Positions 38,528-54,885 of a stretch of DNA of 64,000 bases are shown piece by piece; within the stretch, counting starts at the first letter, position 1; each line of letters starts with the position of its first letter. Source of the stretch: Eledone cirrhosa (lineage: Eukaryota); assembly GCA_964016885.1 (NCBI GenBank), contig OZ024741.1, positions 49,166,001 through 49,230,000 on the forward strand, read 5' to 3'. The notes beneath the pieces are model-generated. The model worked only from the letters and a program-made list of their open reading frames with translations, was not told where the DNA came from and did not search any database. The position numbers and the translations under genes are program-made.

Positions 38528-38561
38528 AGATTTGAATGGATACAGTTTAGTTGAAAGGAAT

Positions 38562-38678
38562 TTATTGACACGTGTTTCTATAACAGTTACATAACCTAAA
38601 ACAGCTATCTACAAACTTTTAGTTATGCAGACATTCAATATTTCAATGTTATTATTTACTGTCATTTCATCAGAATAA
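38562..38678 (-). ncRNA. Type I hammerhead with long stem II, at the 3' end of the 39641-40460 PLE
   Basis: TTATT-CTGATGA-AATGACAGT...ACTGTTATA-GAAA-CACGTGTC-AATAA; palindrome ACACGTGT; GUC triplet. Confidence 0.8.
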
Positions 38679-39244
38679 TATTACTGAGGACCTATTTAGT
38701 TTTTATAGAGAATATTAGGAGGGAGGGGTGAAGTTGTTAGAAGAATAGTTGAAGGAGTGGTTTTTCGATAGCAGTGAGAATTCTTGGTGGCAGTGAGTAA
38801 TTAGATTCCCATCTGTTGTTTTGACATTTTTTATAGAATATATTATTGGTTATTTTTCTAAATCTATAGAAGGATTAGAGATAGTGAAGATATGCGTGGT
38901 TGGTTTTGTGTTTGCACTTAATTAACATTCAGACTTAAATTTTTCTTTCAAGTGTACGTATCCTTTCACCCACGCATTCACACACAAATATATTTGCATA
39001 CCTCTACAAAATACATATACTCACAATTCACATATTCATACTTACATATATATACACATGCATACACATATATATACACACACATGTATTCATGTACATA
39101 CATACGCGCTCATGTGTATACATTTTCATACTCAACTTATCTTTATATATACACACGTATAGACACACACATATATACATACATACTCTAGTCCATGTGT
39201 ACACACATACACATACATACACATCCATATACACATACATACAT

Positions 39245-39313
<69 letters not shown>

Positions 39314-39640
39314 CATACACATACATATATACACACATATACATATACACACACACATACACATATATATAAGCACTTTAATACATGAATACACTTACAT
39401 CTAACTATACACATCAAACATATATATATATTTACTTATTTATATACATTTTCACATATATATACATACTTATGGACGTTTTTAGACACATTCATTATCG
39501 CATATTTGTACCTATTCTCATCAGCATATCTTTTCATTATTAGTATGGTAATTTAAGGTTATTAATATATGTTGAGAAGAGATTGTTTTTATATTTTTCT
39601 AACTAGATTAAGGTTTATATAGTTGGGGGATGTCCCTCTT

Positions 39641-40460
39641 TTATGTAATATTCTGCTTGTAGTGGGAAAAAAGGGTTTTAGTTCTGTGACGGCAGAATAA
39701 TGTTCGTTCAATTCTGTTATTCAGCAGTTTCTTCTTGTGTGTGATTATGTAATAAATCTCAAGATTACACAATTTGCAGAAATTTTGGCTCCTGGAAAAG
39801 CTTTGGGTTTTAGCTAATTTTTCCCATTTTAGGGTAAACTTTTGATTGCTATCCCTGAGCGTCCAAGCTTTTTCTGCTAAAGTTGTTACATTTCTTTGGC
39901 TCTGGTGTTTTATTGAGTAAGAATGCCTATACAATCGAGATTTAAACGATGTTGCCGTTGATCCCACGTAATACCACTCGTTGCCTCCGGATTTAATGGT
40001 ACACTTATAAATAATATTTTTTTCCAGGCAGTTATTGCCGAGGGGGCAGTTGTCAGGATAGGTGCAGTTACAGTTGTGTACGTTGGGTTTTCTCTGGAGT
40101 AGTATTGCGGACGAACTTAGGTGTGGTTTATTTATGTTCTGTAGTGTATTGTCTACTGTTTTTTTGGGGTTCTTTGTACTTAAGTTCTTAGTGTTTTCGT
40201 TTAACCTTCTAGTATTGATCTTTTTTATGTGTTGTTCAAGGTTTAACGCTGTAGAGTATGACAGTCTTATAGTGGTAGGGTTTAGGATTTTGTGGTATTT
40301 GTGTGATGTGGGAAAATGTCTTTTAATTATTTTAAAGAAGAGTACTGGTAAATTTGTACTAATGGAGCTATTGTATTCGGGGTTATACCATAAGTACTCT
40401 TTGCATCGCTTTCTATTAGTTTTGTTTGTTGGTTTACTGGTGTGCATACTATGGTAGTAA
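39641..40460 (-). pseudogene. PLE C-terminal remnant (thumb, CxCx5Cx5C linker, GIY-YIG)
   Basis: WYNPEY...FF.II..HFP..H...KI.N..T..LSYST...CNCTYPDNCPLGNNCL..NIIYKC...YVGSTATSFKSRLYRH...CKLCNLE...LLN......CRHR. Confidence 0.93.
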
Positions 40461-40540
40461 GTGTGGTTTGGTGTTGTGTTATTATATCTACCTATGTGGG
40501 ATTTATTTTGGGTGTTTTGATTGTTCCCATCTATATATAT

Positions 40541-41688
<1,148 letters not shown>

Positions 41689-41903
41689 TATATATAGATA
41701 TATATAGATATAGATATAAATAAATATACACGGGTGTGTATGATTGTGGATAGAAGATTATATTAATAAAAGGAATTCCATCTTTGTCTGATTTACTCAT
41801 TTTATTTACAATCCTTTAAAATTATAATGATATTATAATGGAATAGTATGGTAGAATATTAAATGTTAAATGTTAATTGAACAAGTACTTTCATGCTTTC
41901 ATA

Positions 41904-41936
<33 letters not shown>

Positions 41937-42209
41937 GTGTGTGTATATATATATGTATATATATGTAGGAGGTGAGTTTTATTGTAGTACAATAAAGCAA
42001 TGCAGATATCCTATCTCATCCTTCCTCATTATACTCCTCCTTCTCCACCTTCACTCTCATCTTCTTTATTTTCATCTTTTCCACCCCCACCCCCCTCTAA
42101 ATAAAATATGTTTCCCAATATCACACATCAATCTAAAACTACTTTTCATATGTTGATTTAAAACTGAACTATCCACAAGTGTTTTTTAACCTTCATATCA
42201 TGTCCTCCT

Positions 42210-42278
42210 GTTTTATCTGATGAAAACACAAATATTATTGCATGATGATATTTGTTTTTGAAATGCGCATAATAAAAT
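42210..42278 (+). ncRNA. Type I hammerhead
   Basis: GTTTTAT-CTGATGA-AAACACAAATATTA..TGATATTTGTTTTT-GAAA-TGCGCATA-ATAAAAT; palindrome ATGCGCAT; AUA triplet. Confidence 0.8.
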
Positions 42279-42316
42279 ACATGGAACTCTTTTAACCATC
42301 TTTTGTTCTTATATAT

Positions 42317-42347
<31 letters not shown>

Positions 42348-42348
<1 letters not shown>

Positions 42349-42553
42349 ATGAAGGGGTTGTGGTAAGGAACTAGATGGACCATAATGCACCAGAGTACTC
42401 AATACTTAGGGTAGTAGAGTGGGTAATAGGAGAATGTAAGACCCCGACGTCAGAGCTCAAGCCGTTTCGCCGGCTATTTCTAGACGGATATTTGAGTCCA
42501 GAAATAGCCGTCGAAACGGCTTGAGCTCTGCCGTCGGGGTCTTACATTTTCCT
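42348..42553. mobile_element. Fold-back terminus of the 7143-9430 PLE family
   Basis: Two inverted half-HHR copies joined at about 42490. Confidence 0.85.
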
Positions 42554-42575
42554 CTCTCTATATATATATATATGT

Positions 42576-42633
42576 ATCCAACTAGACCTTCATTTATCAA
42601 ACTAGACCTTCATCTATCCAACTAGACCTTCAT
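42576..42633. repeat. 20-bp tandem repeat x3 (ATCCAACTAGACCTTCAT..)
   Basis: Direct inspection. Confidence 0.85.
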
Positions 42634-43119
42634 GAATATAGGACCAAACCTTAATTAAAGGACAACACTGACCTACATACAGTCAATAAACACCTGTTTG
42701 ATCTATTACATCATAATCTATAATTATACAATAAAAAGATTTAAATGATATAGACACCCTAATAAATTGCCAATATACAACACCAACTAAACAGCAGACA
42801 ACTGTGTATATAACTCCAATTACTCCACTATATATTATGCAACTCACTATCCTGTCATAAAAAACTTCAACTATCTCTACACAACCAGTATGTTTGCATG
42901 TATATATATATGTGTATATGTATGTATATGTATGTATATATATATATATATATGTTTGTATATATATATATGTATGTATATATATGTGTGTGTATGTATA
43001 TATATATGTGTGTGTATATATATATGTGTGTGTTTGTTGTATGTATGAGTGTTGCTGTGCGCGCGCATATGTATGCGTGTGTGTGTCAATAAGTGATTTT
43101 TTTTTTTTTTTTTTTTTTG

Positions 43120-46100
43120 CGCGGGGACATAGAAATAATCGGGCTGGATGCCCGATCGCGCAGTTAAACCACTGGGAGTGAAGAACCCCTAGCCCTTGTC
43201 AAGGCATTCTTCTAGGAGAAGGCATCTCAGGAAACTGGGTTAACTCCGATATAAAACCTGCGGCTCAGTAGTTTCCGATGATGTTGATCTTTTCTTCTTT
43301 TCGGGTTATAGCTACTGTCGCTCAGAGAGTGGGATTGGCTCAGTGCACAGTCTTTCCTCACTTTAAAAATATTCGTCACGCACAGGCATTGGTGTACTAT
43401 TATTATTATTATTATTATTACTATTATTATTACTTTTTTTTTTTTTTTCCCAATTCAATGATGTTCCAGAACAATGTAAACGAGATAATTGCCAAAAAAT
43501 ATCATTGGCAATAAGGGCAGGGGCCCCAAGTTATCACAACCTGGGCCCGCCCGTCATCGTGCCATTGTAATAGAGCCAAACAGGGCATTTAGTCTTGGCT
43601 GCTGGAACGTACGGACGCTGCTTGACAGAGATTCTTTGGAGCGTCCTGAACGAAGGACCGCTCTTGTTGCAAAGGAGCTTCGACGTTACGATCTTGACAT
43701 CGTGGCTTTATCTGAGACGAGGTTAGCTGGAGATGGTCATCTTACGGAATTTTGTGGAGAATATACATTCTTCTGGAAAGGAAGAGATGAAGGAACCAGA
43801 AGAGAGGCTGGGGTAGGATTTGCTGTTAAGACTGTACTTGTGAATAAATTAGAAGAATTCCCAGTAGGGATTAGTGAGCGTCTTATGTCCATGAGAGTTC
43901 CGCTGGACAAGGGAAGATATGCTACCCTGGTGAGTGTGTATGCTCCAACTATGAATTCTGTCGATGAAGAAAAACTGTCCTTTTACCATGCCTTGAAAGG
44001 TGTTCTAAGAAATATCCCTCAGGTAGACAAAGTCATCGTGCTTGGTGACTTTAATGCTAGAGTGGGTAGGGATTTTAACACATGGAATGTAATCGGAAGG
44101 CATGGGGTGGGAAAGTGTAACAGCAATGGTATGCTCTTGCTGCAGATGTGTGAGGAGCTGGATCTGTGTGTTACCAACACCATGTTCCAACAAAAGAACA
44201 AATTCAAGACCACATGGATGCATCCTGCATCTAAGGAATGGCATCTTTTGGACTACGTCCTAGTCAGGATGCGTGACAGACAGGATGTGCAGTGTGTTCG
44301 TGTTCTTCGTGGAGCTGAGTGCTGGACGGACCACCGCCTGGTACGCGCAAAAGTGAATCTAATCACCAAACGTAAAATCCGGGCTCCTGGTGTTACCCTG
44401 CCCAAAAGATTGAATGCTGCTCGTCTTAAGGATAAAAATGTGAAGAGGACATTGGAAGAAGAGATGCAGGCTGCAGATCTTGGTGAGGATTGGCCGACCC
44501 TTAAAAAGTCGGTTTATGATGTAGGCAGACGTGTTCTGGGATTGGTGCAGAGAAAACATCAGGACTGGTTTAATGAGAATGATGTACATATAGAAGACTT
44601 GTTGGCTGATAAGAGGCGTGCTCTGTCACGCTACTTGACGGCAAAACCACAGGAGAGGAATACGTTGCATGAGGAGCTCAGGGATGTAAAATCACGTGTT
44701 AGGCGGAGTCTTTCTCAGATGAAGGATCAGTGGTGGAGTGAGAAGGCTGGTGAGATACAAACTGCGTCTGATTGCAATAACACAAAGCTGTTGTACAGTC
44801 TCTTGCGTGAGGTTTATGGACCGTCTTCTTCTCTGGTGACACCGATTCGCAGCAAGGATGGCAAAGAACTTCTTCGTGACTCACAGGGAATTCTACGAAG
44901 GTGGCGAGAGCACTTTGATGATCTTTTGAATCAGTCGTCTGTCGTCAGTGAAGATTTCCTCAATCTCATTCCGGAAAGTCCTGTGAAAGTAGCTCTCGCA
45001 GAACCTCCGACGCTTGTGGAGGTTGCAGTGGCTATTTCGAAGCTGAACAGTGGAAGATCTCCAGGTATGGATGGCATACATGCTGAGCTCCTACAATATG
45101 GTGGTGAGAGACTCCTGCAACATCTTCACTCTTTGTTTAGAAGGATATGGGCTAATGAATCCGTGCCTGAGGACTGGAGAGATGCAGTAATGGTGGTCTT
45201 GTACAAGGGAAAGGGTAACAGGAATGATTGTGGGAACTACAGAGGTATATCATTGCTTTCTGTCGTAGGGAAAGTTTTATGTAGGGTGCTTCTGGACCGT
45301 TTGCTGACACACATTGCAGATTGTGTCCTTCCTTAAAGTCAATCTGGTTTTCGTGCTGGACGCGGCACTACTGATATGATCTTCTCAGCTAGACAGCTCC
45401 AGGAGAAGTGCATTGAACAAGGCTTGGATCTGTATCAGGTTTTTGTCGATCTGACAAAGGCTTTCGATACTGTCAACAGAGATGCATTATGGAAGGTTCT
45501 CCAGAAACTTGGATGCCCTGATAAGTTCCTTGCTTTAGTTAGGTCTTTCCATGACGACATGAAGGCTTGGGTTAATGTCGGAGGTAACATGTCGGAGCCT
45601 ATCTCAGTAAAAAATGGAGTGAAACAGGGGGATATTCCAGCACCGACCCTGTTTGCCATATACTTTGCAATGGTTTTCTGTATTGCATTCAGGAATTGCG
45701 AGCATGGTGTTTACATCCGATATCGAACCTCAGGCAGCATATTTAACATCAGGCGCTTTGCTGCGAAGACAAAAGTATTTACATCAGTCATAAGAGACCT
45801 CTTGTATGCAGATGATTGCGATCTTGTAGCGCACACAGAGAGTGATATGCAGCACATTTTGAATGCATTTTCTGACGTTTGCACTTCCCTGGGTTTGACT
45901 GTCAGTCTCAAGAAAACCGTCGTCATGTACCAACCTGCCCCTAGTAAGCAGTACACTGAACCAAACATCTATGTGTATGGCAAACGACTTGGAGTGGTTG
46001 ATCAGTTTGTCTACCTGGGAAGCACTGTCAATCGATACGGCAACCTTGACAGTGAAATCTCACTTAGGATTAGGAAAGCAAGTGATGCTTTCGGAAAGCT

Positions 46101-47194
46101 AGAAAGGCGACTCTGGGGTCGGCGAGACATATGCAGGAGGACAAAGGTAAAGGTGTACAGGGCATGTGTACTCTCTTGTCTTCTTTATGCCTGCGAGACC
46201 TGGGTCACATATCGACGCCACCTTAAGCAATTGGAGCGTTTCGATCAGATGTGTCTCAGACGGATCCATGGCGTTCACTGGAGGGACCACATCAGTGATG
46301 TAGAGATTTTGGAAAGCTCTATGTGTGACATTATAGAAGCTCTTGTGCTTAAGCAACGACTCCGTTGGAGTGGTCACCTTGCCAGGATGAAGGATTCTAG
46401 AATACCAAAACAACTCTTCTATGGAGAGTTGGTTAAAGGAAAACGACCGCCACATAAACCAAAAAAGAGGTATAAGGATTCCTTGAAAGCCTCTTTGAAA
46501 GACGCTAACATCTCTGCTGATACATGGGAAAATATTGCTGCTGATCGTAATAAATGGAGAAAGACTGTATATGAGGGAAAAGTTGCCTTTGAGGCATCTC
46601 GAATCGCACACGAGAAAGTAAAGCGGGACGTGAGGAGGGGCATTGCTGTTGCACTTCCAGACGGCGAGGGTCCTCCTATGGTGCTGACATGCAGCGTCTG
46701 TGCGAGACTCTGCCTAAGCAAAGCTGGACTCGAAAGTCATCTTCGCAGTCATAAAGTAAGACCAGTGGTTGACTACCAGGCTGCTGTTGGAGATGCTACT
46801 CATCATGCTTGCCAAACATGTGGTAGAGAATGTAAATCAGCAGGAGGGCTCAAGCGACATGCAAAAGTACACGAACTCCAACCACAGCCGACTATTCCCA
46901 GTAAATGTTTTGGTTGCCGACTCTGTGCAAGACATTTTAGATCATTGGCTGGGCTAAAAAGCCACATTCGATCGCAGCACTGTTAGTTGCTATCGTGTGT
47001 GTGTGTGTGTGTGTGTAGATATGCTTATGTGCGTGCGTGTGTGTGTATATATGTATGAATATGTATATTATTATTGTTGTTGTCGTTATTATTATTATTG
47101 CTATTATTATTATTATTATTATTATTGTTATTAATGTATGTGTGTGTGTATGTGTGAGTGTATGTGTATGTATGTGTGTATGTATATATGTATG

Positions 47195-47245
<51 letters not shown>

Positions 47246-47388
47246 CTTTTTTTTTTAATTTATTTATTATTATTATTATTTTTATTTTTTTATTTTTATT
47301 TTTTTATTTTATTTTTATTTTTTTTATTTTTATTTTTTTCTTCTTCTCGTGCAATGGCCATACTCGATAACGAGGAGGCAGCCATCAT
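43120..47388 (+). mobile_element. Near-complete RTE-clade LINE
   Basis: 5' UTR, single long frame, 3' UTR with microsatellites and terminal hairpin GGCCATACTCGATAACGAGGAGGCAGCC. Confidence 0.95.
43489..46986 (+). pseudogene. RTE ORF: APE endonuclease + reverse transcriptase + 3 C2H2 zinc fingers; one in-frame TAA at 45334-45336
   Basis: WNVRTL, LSETR, YAPT, GDFNARVG, LDY, TDHRL; LP*SQSGFR; FVDLTKAFDTV, GVKQG, LYADD, YLGS; CSVC..H..H, CQTC..H..H, CRLC..H..H. Confidence 0.95.
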
Positions 47389-48561
47389 GTGTGTGTATAT
47401 ATGTGTGTGTATATATGTGTGTGTATATGTATATGTGTGTGTGTATGTGTGTGTATATGTGTGTATAAGTGTGTGTGCAGATATGTGTGTGTGTATATAT
47501 GTTTATACATTGTCACACATATGTATATGCCTTATATTATGCATGCATATACTATGTAAAAACTATGTAGTTATAATAAACTGAATTAAAAAAAAACTTT
47601 TTTAACCCTCTCCCCCCGACACACAAGTTTAAAAGATAGCAATTATATAACAAAGAATATTTTATATTTTATATACTCTATATATAACACTTTATATTTT
47701 ATATACTCTATTTATAACACTACCACAATATTATAACAACCCTTAATTTATCAACAACATTAATTACCTCCCTTTGTTATTAACTCCCTTTACAACTTCC
47801 TGTGTAAACTTATAAAATTAAGTAACCTAACGGTTTGCCAACAGCTTAATAACGGTTAATACAAACCTTAGAAAAGATAATTTACAGATAAAAAATGCAT
47901 AAGATAATATACCTACAATAACAACATGGCCAGTAATTCGGAGGAATTTACATTTAATAAACAAACACCTATTGACTATAAACGACTCAAAATAATCCCA
48001 TGGTTAATACCTGTGAGTAACAAACAACACATGCACATAAATACGAACTACAACACAAAAACACTTAAATGAAAATCACATAACGAACTCTATCTACTGC
48101 TTTACATTACACCTTACATAAAAAAAATACCTACATTATGACCACATACCTCTCTAACAAATTGCACACTATCTTAAATGTTTATAACAAATATAACATG
48201 CTTTAACACCCCACACAAAATATGTTTATTTCAACTGCATTATAACTCTTTCCTCATACATGCATTATTGACTGTATTGACTCCTGCATTGTACACCAAT
48301 AGTCCTCGCTTATAACTTCTTTCCCTGTGTTTTTTTTGCTTGTGTTCTTTTTCTTTGCTTGTGATTTTTTTGCTTGTGCTTTTTACTTTTACTTATACCT
48401 ATTACACGTCCAACCAGTGCTCCCTGTAATTGTGTTATTTCAAGCGCAACATCTTTTTAACTCCTGAATCTCCACATGATGCCTTTGACACTAATAACAA
48501 CTATGTACCCTAAATGTTCTAAGTGACTAGGATTCTAGTTACACGTTTTCGACATTTCTTA

Positions 48562-48608
48562 TGCTCCGATGATTCCAGACTTCCCTCTGGAAGAAACAAC
48601 TGTCAGTT
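48562..48608 (+). ncRNA. Degenerate hammerhead
   Basis: CCGATGA-TTCCAGA(CTTCCC)TCTGGAA-GAAA-CAACTGTC-AG, followed by AATAAA and (TA)n. Confidence 0.65.
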
Positions 48609-48650
48609 AATAAATGTTCTAAACTAAAATTTGATCGTTTTAACACTATG

Positions 48651-48695
<45 letters not shown>

Positions 48696-48770
48696 CGTAC
48701 GTAGGTACTTTTATATAAATATGTTTTAACGGTGTATTCTCCTTTGTAATCATTTCACTTATATATATAA

Positions 48771-48858
<88 letters not shown>

Positions 48859-49455
48859 TAGATCTTATGCAAAAGTCGACCCTAGTATGCTTAATTGTTG
48901 TATTTGTTTTTTTCTTAATGTTTTATTCTTTCTCTAGGGCTTCTGATATTTTCTTTGAAAGCAACATTTTTATATTGGCCCCTAAAGTATACCGTGGGCC
49001 GCCGTGGGGGCCTACTTGCCACCAGGCAAGCTTGGTCAGTCCGCCACTGCGTGTGTATGTATGTATGTGTGTATGTGTGTGTGTATGTATGTATGGACGT
49101 GTGTGTATACATGTATGTGTGCGCGCGTTTGTGTATTTATGTGAATATGTGTTTGTGTGTGTATATATGTGTTTGTGTGCGTATGTATGTGTTTGTGTGT
49201 GTATGTATGTGTGTATGTGTATGTATATGTGTGTGCATGATTGCATGCTGTGTTCGTGTGTACACACACACAGACATATGTATAAAGCGTTCTGTGAAAA
49301 TAAGCCGATGACAATAAACCTGATACGTACACGGTAGCCAGACAGCAGATATTTAATTCTAAACAACACTTGCACAACTTGAAATTCAAGTGGCGTAATG
49401 GAATAGTGTAATGAAGTTTCAAAGTAGGAAACCACACACACACACACACACATAC

Positions 49456-49869
<414 letters not shown>

Positions 49870-49877
<8 letters not shown>

Positions 49878-49965
49878 GGATGTAAATATAATGTATTTTG
49901 CAATACACTTTATGCTTAATTAAAAGTGTATTGCAAAATACATTATATTTACATCCATATATATA
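49870..49965. repeat. Short fold-back palindrome (about 40-bp arms)
   Basis: GGATGTAAATATAATGTATTTTGCAATACACTTT / AAAGTGTATTGCAAAATACATTATATTTACATCC. Confidence 0.9.
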
Positions 49966-49991
49966 TTGCTATTTCAGAGCTACAATTCTAA

Positions 49992-50038
<47 letters not shown>

Positions 50039-50115
50039 ATTAGAAAGTGAACAAAACAAAATATTACCAAAGGTTTCTGGATCACATACAATAATAATAT
50101 ACATCTGGATCCGTC

Positions 50116-50240
<125 letters not shown>

Positions 50241-50295
50241 GTATAATAAACAATACAATATAATTACCTCATTACCATTATATATATATATATAT

Positions 50296-50607
<312 letters not shown>

Positions 50608-50639
50608 AACGGAAAAAATGAAACGAAATTTCATACTTA

Positions 50640-50729
<90 letters not shown>

Positions 50730-50741
50730 GACTTCTGCTGT

Positions 50742-50838
50742 AATAATTGTTTCTACTTTTGGCACAAGGCCAGCGATTACGCAGTGTATTACTGGTACTT
50801 TATTTTATCGACCCCGTAAGGATGAAAGGCAAAGTTAA
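50742..50838 (-). mobile_element. SINE family 1, 5'-truncated
   Basis: Core plus tail. Confidence 0.85.
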
Positions 50839-50927
50839 GGATGTCATTGATTCCAGAGTCGGGCTAGAACGATAGAGATCGAACCTTGAACTGATCAATA
50901 GCGAAACGCTATATGTAGAGATTAGAC

Positions 50928-51260
<333 letters not shown>

Positions 51261-51435
51261 AGGTGTATTATTGGTTGTGTCAAACGGTCCAATACATTTT
51301 TGTTAGGAATATTAAGTTCTCCACGTTTTTGTATATCTCCAATTCCATTTATGGGAACAGCTAGCTGATGTAAAACGAAGTATTTGTATCAAAATAAAGA
51401 TCCGAAGGTATGGTATAAATTTCCAATCATTTTAA

Positions 51436-51492
51436 TCATGACACATGTTTCAACAAGAGATAGATCGATTATCACTCATCTCGTCAGGTAAA
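51436..51492 (-). ncRNA. Hammerhead motif (weak stem I)
   Basis: CTGACGA-GATGAGTGATA..TATCTCTTGTT-GAAA-CATGTGTC. Confidence 0.6.
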
Positions 51493-52294
51493 AATGAATT
51501 GTCTTCAAATCCTTGATATGAGGGAGAAAATTAACGGTGTTCCCTCATATGAAGATCAAGCAGTCAAAACACGGCGACTGCTATCGTCCTTAGTTAGGGT
51601 CATAAAACTATCAAATCTCTATCTCCCAATAGCTGTAAAAGACGCTGGACATCAATCAAATCTGTAGAATTACAGTCGGTCACAGTTAATGTGAGTGGGT
51701 ACACACACTCTCACACACACACGACGCGAGGTCAAAGAAAAAATATATATACATATACCAACATAGCATCAAATCTGTAGAACTATAGACGGTCACAGTT
51801 AGTGTGAGTGAGTACACACACACTCACACACACCGACACGAGGTGAAAGAAAAAATATAAATATACCAACATAGTATTCAACATAGTATTCACCTAAAGT
51901 TAGTTTACAAAACTATATATATATATATATATACATCCATATTAAGATAAATCAAAGTTAATTTAATCTAAATCAAAATTATGGGTGTCATGCCAGAAAG
52001 GCCTGCGGCATATCACCCGCAAAATAAGCTCCAAGATTCTAATGAATAGGTCCGAGCATTTTATAACAACTAGAAATTGATTAACATATATATAAACATG
52101 AATAATCACAGGATATAATTTTTACAAGCGTGTAACCACACATAGCTAGGTAGGTAACTAAATAAAGTTGACTAGAACTTCAAAAATAGATACCTTATAA
52201 TATGATTAATCTTCCCTGTATATATTCCATTAAAGAAATATATTTCACCAATTAATCAGATTGTAAACCACGGAGGCCGATACTTGGAAAGAAT

Positions 52295-52503
52295 CACTGG
52301 ACAGGTTTTACCGGTTGAATCAAGGTAGAAGACCCAGATGAGGACTCCGAGCAAGATGGTTGGATAACATCCACAAGCTCGGCTGGTCTCGTTTAGGGAT
52401 TCAACCAGATCAGATGGTTGCTTCTGATAGGACACTCTGAAAGGTCTTTCTCAATACTTAGTCCCCACAACTCTCTCACGAATAAATTGGCGAAAAAGAA
52501 GAA
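52295..52503 (+). mobile_element. RTE 3' fragment (27212 family)
   Basis: Sequence similarity to 27240-27430 and 56550-56748. Confidence 0.75.
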
Positions 52504-53224
52504 TGTGTATGTGTGTGTGGGGTTATGTGTGGGGTTATGTGTGTGTGTGTGTGGTGGTTGTGGGGCATACATTTTGTGTGTGTGCGTGATGGTGGGAAAT
52601 ATGTGGTGTACGTGTGTGAATGTATGTGTGTGTGTGTGTGTGTGTGTGTAAGTGTGAACATAAAATATTGCTATGTACAAGAACAAGAAGGTGGTGGTGG
52701 TGGTGGTGGAGGAGGAGGAGGAGGAGGGGAGGAGGAGGAGGAGGAGGACGAGAAGAAGAAGAAGAAGAAGAAGAAGAAGAAGAAGAAGAAGAAGAAAACA
52801 TCTTTGTATATTTAGATATCATCATCATCGTTTAGCGTCCATTTTCCACGCTAACATGGGTAAGACGGTATATAAGTTCATATATACACACATACAAAAT
52901 ATAAAACAATCACATTTTAGTTTAATACATTTAATTGCTGACAATTGTTTCTTCCAGACGAATGTCACTAACGAGTGTCAGTGACATCACATTGAAAGGC
53001 AGGAGTTAGAAAAAGATGTTATGTTACAGATATCACAGTGTGAGGAGCAATGGCAACTGGCTAGTGCTCAGTACTACCCTCCATAGTTATACTTAGATAT
53101 AACTCATATATAAGTATAACTATTATTATTATTACTGAGATACACACATATATATATGTACATACATATGTACATACAAATACGTGTGTATATGGTTTGA
53201 ATATCATGTATGTATTGTATTGTA

Positions 53225-54400
53225 GTGTGTGTGTGTGTATGTGTGCGTGTGTGCGTGTATGTTCGTGTGTATATGTGTGTTCGCGCGTGTATGTGTGTCC
53301 GTGTGTGTATGTGTGTTCGTGTGTGTATGTGTGTTCGTGTGTGTATGTGTGTGTATGTGTGCTCGTCTGTGTATGTATGTGTGTTCGTGTGTGTATGTGC
53401 GTGTATGTGTGTCCGTGTGTGTATGTGTGTTCGTGCGTGTATGTGTGCTCGTGTGTGTATGTGTGTTCGTGTGTGTTCGTGTGTGTATGTGTGTTCGTGT
53501 GTGTATGTGTGTTCGTGCGTGTATGTGTGTCCGTGTGTGTATGTGTGTTCGTGCGTGTATGTGTGCTCGTGTGTGTATGTGTGTTCGTGTGTGTTCGTGT
53601 GTGTATGTGTGTTCGTGTGTGTATGTGTGTTCGTGTGTGTATGTGTGTTCGTGTGTGTATGTGTGTTCGTGTGTGTATGTGTGTGTGGGTTCGAGGTCGT
53701 TGACTCCAATGACAAGTGTTCCAATTGTTTGATCAACGAAAAAACGTGTGTATATATGTGTGCGTATGTATTTACGTGTGTATATGTGTGTGTATGTCTT
53801 TGCATGTGTGTATATGTGATTATGCCTTCGCATGTGCGCATATTTTTGATTGTGTATATATGTGCTAGTGTCTTTTGGATATATATGTGTGTGTGTTCTT
53901 ATATATGTACATGAATGTATGTGTTTATATGTCTCTGCATGTGTGTATATGTTCGGAAGTATTTGTTTGTGTGTATGTGTTCGTATGTCTTTGCACGTGT
54001 GTATATGTGCGTGTGCCTTTGCATATATATATATACATGTGTTCGTATGTCTTTGCATGTATATATGTGTTTATATGTCTTGGCGTATATATATGTGTTT
54101 ATATGTCTTGGCGTATATATATGTGTATATATGTCTTGGCGTGTATAGATGTGTTTATATGTCTTGGCATGTATATATGTGTTTTATATGTCTTGGCGTG
54201 TATATATGTGTTTATATGTCTTGGCGTGTATATATGTGTTATGTCTTGGCGTGTATATATGTGTTTTATATGTCTTGGCGTGTATATATGTGTTATGTCT
54301 TGGCGTGTATATATGTGTTTATATGTCTTGGCGTGTATATATGTGTTTATATGTCTTGGCGTGTATATATGTGTTTTATATGTCTTGGCGTGTATATATA
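53225..54400. repeat. GT-rich compound minisatellites (16-bp GTGTGTATGTGTGTTC; about 30-bp ATATGTCTTGGCGTGTATATATGTGTTT)
   Basis: Direct inspection. Confidence 0.93.
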
Positions 54401-54509
54401 TATGTGTTCGGAGGTCTGCACATGTGTTTGTGGGTAAATATCACATTCAACGTTAGACTTGTTTATTGCAAGTTGTATTGGTTTATTGTATTGTGCTGAA
54501 CTGTATCGC

Positions 54510-54885
54510 ACTAGTTACGTCCCTTTACGGCCTGTGTCCAAATCACGCCGAGGTTAGCTTTGCCTTTCATCCTTACGGGATCGATAAAATAAAGTAGCAG
54601 TAACGCACTGGGGTTGATTTAACCTATTTTCCATTCACCCCAAAATTGTTGGCCCTGTGCCTAAATCAGAAACCTTAGCAGTATCAGTAGACGTCAGGCA
54701 TTCTTTGTAGCATAGAGTTATGACCCTTTACGTTCTGAGTTCAAATCTCGCCGAGGTTAGCTTTGCTTTTCATCCTTATGAGGTCTATAAAATAAAGTAC
54801 CGGTAACACACTGGGGTAGATTTAACCGACTTTTCCCTTAACTTCAAAAATTGCTGGCCTTGTGCTTAAATCAGAAACCATTATT
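54510..54885 (+). mobile_element. Two tandem SINE family 1 copies
   Basis: The core occurs twice (about 54545 and about 54750). Confidence 0.85.

Noticed and set aside
46690-46986. Host C2H2 zinc-finger gene
   Set aside because: The fingers are in frame with the RTE RT and recur in the non-autonomous derivative at about 6910-6990.
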